From contig OZ024755.1 in the NCBI GenBank assembly GCA_964016885.1, forward strand, positions 44,702,001 through 44,766,000: 64,000 bases of DNA, in the 5' to 3' direction. Positions 60,701 through 64,000 of this stretch are shown piece after piece (within the stretch, counting starts at the first letter, position 1; the number at the start of each line of letters is the position of its first letter). The notes under the pieces are model-generated. The model did not search any database. It saw only the letters and a list, made by a program, of their open reading frames with translations, and was not told where the DNA came from. Origin of the DNA: Eledone cirrhosa (Eukaryota). The position numbers were made by a program, and so were the translations under genes.

Positions 60701-63684
60701 CAGTACCAACGTATACGGTGTACCACAGTTGACAGTACTAACATATACTGTGTACCACAGTTGACAGTATCCACGTATGTGTACCACAGTTGACAGTATC
60801 AACGTATATCTGTACCACATATTGACAGTACCAACATATACTGTGTACCACAGTTGACAGTACCAACGTATACTGTGTACCACAGTTGACAGTACCAACG
60901 TATACTGTGTACCACAGTTGACATTACCAAGGTATACTGTGTACCACAGTGGACAGTACCAACGTATATGTGTATAACATATTGACAGTACCAACATATA
61001 CTGTGTACCACAGTTGACAGTACCAACATATACTGTGTACCACAGTTGAGAGTACCAACATATACTGTGTACCACAGTTGACAGTACCAACGTATACTGT
61101 GTACCACAGTTGACAGTACCAACATATACTGTGTACCACAGTTGACAGTACCAACATATACTGTGTAACACAGTTGGCAGTACCAACATATACTGTGTAC
61201 CACAGTTGAGAGTACCAACATATACTGTGTACCACAGTTGACAGTACCAACATATATTGTGTACCACAGTTGACAGTACCAACATATACTAGGTGCCACT
61301 GTTCACAGTACCAACATATACTGTGTACCACAGTTGACAATACCAACGTATTCTGTGTACCACAGTTGACAGTACCAACATATACTGTGTACCACAGTTG
61401 ACAGTACCAACGTATACTGTGTAACACAGTTGACAATACCATCATATAGGGTGTTCCACAGTTGACAGTACCAACATATACTGTGTACCACATTTGACAG
61501 TACCATCGTATACTGACTACCACAGTTGACAGTACCAACGTATACTGTGTACCAAAGATCACAGTATCAACGTATATGTGTACCACATATTGACAGTACC
61601 AACATATACTGTGTACCACAATTGACAGTACCAACGTATACTGTGTACCACATTTGACAGTACCAAAGTATACTGTGTTTCACAGTTGACAGTACCAACA
61701 TATACTGTGTACCTCAGTTGACAGTACCAACATATACTGTGTACCTCAGTTGACAGTATAAACATATACTGTGTACCACAGTTGACAGTACCAACATATA
61801 CTGTTTTCCATAGTTGACAGTACTAACATATACTGTGTACCACAGTTCACAGTACCAACATATACTGTGTACCAGAGTTGACAGTACCAACATATACTGT
61901 GTACCATATTTGACAGTACCAACGTATACAGTGTACCACAGCTGACAGTACCAACATATACCGTCTAGCAGAGTTGACAGTATCAACATATACTGTGTAC
62001 CAGAGTTGACAGTACCATCATGTACTGTGTACCACAGTTGACAGTACCAACATATACTGTGTACCACAGTTGACAGTACCAACGTATACTGTGTACCACA
62101 GTTGACAGTACCAACATATAATGTGTACCACCGTTGACAGTACCAACATATACTGTGTATCACAGTTGACAGTACCAACATATACCGTGCTACCACAGTT
62201 GAGAGTACCGACATATACTGTGTACCACAGTTGACAGTACCAACATATAATGTGTACCACTGTTGACAGTACCAACGTATACTGTGTACCACATTTAACA
62301 GTACCAAAATATACTGTGTACCACAGTTATCAGTACCAACGTACACTGTCTACCACTGTTGACAGTACCAACATATACAGTGTACCACAGTTGACAGTAC
62401 CAACATATACTGTGTACCTCAGTTGACAGTACCAACTTATACTGTGTACCACAATTGACAGTACCAACATATACTGTGTACCACAATTGACAGTACCAAC
62501 GTATACTGTGTTCCACAGTTGACAGTACCAACATATACTGTGTACCTCAGTTGACAGTACCAACATATACTGTGTACCTCAGTTGACAGTATAAATATAT
62601 ACTGTGTACCACAGTTGACAGTACCAACATATACTGTGTACCATAGTTGACAGTACTAACATATACTGTGTACGACAGTTGAGAGTACCAACATATACTG
62701 TTTATCACAGTTGACAGTACCAACATATACCGTGTACCACAGTTGAGAGTACCTACATATACTGTGTACCACAGTTGACAGTACCAACATATACTGTGTA
62801 CCACTGTTGACAGTACCAACGTATACTGTGTACCACAGTTAACAGTACCAACATATACTGTGTACCACAGTTGACAGTACCAACGTACACTGTGTACCAC
62901 AGTTGAAAGTAGCAACATATACAATGTACCACAGTTGACAGTACCAACATATACTGTGTACCACAGTTGACAGTACCAATATATACTGTGTACCATAGTT
63001 GACAGTACCAACGTACACTGTGTACCACAGTTGACAGTACCAACATATACTGTGTACCACAGTTGACAGTACCAACATATACTGTGTACCATAGTTGACA
63101 GTACCAACGTATACTGTGTACCACAGTTGACAATACCAACATATACCGTCTACCACAGTTGACGGTATCAACATATACTGTGTACCAGAGTTGACAGTAC
63201 CAACATATACTGTGTACCACAGTTGACAGTACCAACATATACCGTGTACCACAGTTGACAGTACCAACGTATACTGTGTACCACAGTTGACAGTACCAAC
63301 ATATAATGTGTACCACCGTCGACAGTACCAACATATACTGTGTATCACAGTTGACAGTACCAACATATACCGTGCTACCACAGTTGACAGTACCAACGTA
63401 TACTGTGTACCACAGTTGACAGTACCAACATATAATGTGTACCACCGTCGACAGTACCAACATATACTGTGTACCACAGTTGACAGTACCAACATATAAT
63501 GTGTACCACTGTTGACAGTACCAACGTATACTGTGTACCACATTTAACAGTACCAACATATACTGTGTACCACAGTTATCAGTACCAACGTAAACTGTGT
63601 ACCACTGTTGACAGTACCAACTTATACAGTGTACCACAGTTGACAGTACCAACATATACTGTGTACCACAGTTGACAGTACCAA
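54690..63684. repeat. ~9-kb near-identical copy of ~33295-42288 (offset 21,396); its first 7.1 kb is also a tandem copy of ~47590-54690 (offset 7,099)
   Basis: ORF coordinates match at 33383/47680/54779, 40318/61714 and 41891/63287. The junction lies between the tataaac variant at 54658 and the taccaatg variant at 54707. Confidence 0.95.
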
Positions 63685-64000
63685 CATATACAGTGTACCA
63701 CAGTTGACAGTACCAACATATACTGAGTACCACAGTTAACAGTACCAACATATGCTGTGTATCACAGTTGACTGTACCAACATATACCGTGTTACCACAT
63801 TTGAGAGTACCAACATATAATGTGTACCACAGTTGACAGTACCAACATATACTGTGTACCACTGTGACAGTACCAACGTATACTGTGTACCACATTTAAC
63901 AGTACCAACATATAATGTGTACGACAGTTGACAGTACCAACGTATACTGTGTACCACTGTTGACAGTACCAACTTATACAGTGTACTACAGTTGACAGTA

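Larger units (their letters stand above)
1..64000. repeat. 32-bp tandem satellite/minisatellite array (consensus CAGTACCAACATATACTGTGTACCACAGTTGA), ~2,000 units, running off both window edges
   Basis: Every line consists of the 32-mer or a close variant, usually with 0-3 substitutions and occasional small indels. Units abut with no spacers. Copy number is estimated as 64000/32. Each consensus unit has two GTAC (RsaI) sites and one GTTGAC (HincII) site. Confidence 0.99.

Noticed and set aside
10154-63499. Plus-strand ORFs of 70-75 aa (10154, 15914, 17643, 41891, 63287)
   Set aside because: They arise where a variant or indel removes one in-frame TGA of the repeat, start at TTG, and translate only repeat sequence.
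12-63972. Hundreds of minus-strand ORFs (60-699 aa) as protein-coding genes
   Set aside because: They overlap in all three frames with the same 32-aa repeat, which follows from a stop-free 32-bp unit. Stops and indels fall without regard to frame, and there is no unique domain.
1-64000. CRISPR array (32-bp partly palindromic repeat)
   Set aside because: Units abut directly with no unique spacers, leader or cas genes.
1-64000. Integron attC cassettes, telomeric repeat, tRNA/rRNA or an embedded transposon
   Set aside because: The consensus lacks GTTRRRY/RYYYAAC cores, cassette ORFs, G-tracts and RNA-gene motifs. I saw no inversion and no non-repeat stretch longer than ~6 bp.
1-64000. Assignment to a named satellite family, organism or functional centromere
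   Set aside because: I do not recognise the monomer with confidence. This needs a BLAST/Dfam/Repbase search and CENP-A data.
1-64000. A regular fixed-length higher-order repeat
   Set aside because: Duplication offsets are heterogeneous (128 bp to 22 kb), and no period is repeated more than two or three times.

Overview
The whole 64 kb window is one uninterrupted head-to-tail satellite/minisatellite array. The unit is 32 bp, consensus CAGTACCAACATATACTGTGTACCACAGTTGA (~41% GC, ~2,000 copies), all in one orientation. I see no unique sequence, genes, RNA genes, transposons or CRISPR spacers. The many minus-strand ORFs are an arithmetic artefact: the reverse-complemented unit has no stop triplet and 32 is not divisible by 3. 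The informative structure is internal. (1) The monomer is a diverged 17+15 dimer with overlapping, mutually exclusive inverted repeats. (2) Some variant monomers change both arms of the ACTGTG-TAC-CACAGT palindrome together, including a -1/+1 indel pair that keeps both the stem and the 32-bp length. (3) Rare variants reveal nested multi-kb duplications at offsets of ~5.8 kb, 7,099, 9,863, 11,764, 12,637, 14,297, 21,396 and ~22.1 kb, from which an expansion history can be reconstructed. The scale suggests eukaryotic heterochromatin in a long-read assembly, but the organism and satellite family cannot be identified from the sequence alone. I found no evidence for a novel protein-coding system. 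Block boundaries were read by eye and are good to about 1-2 units unless a wider interval is given.
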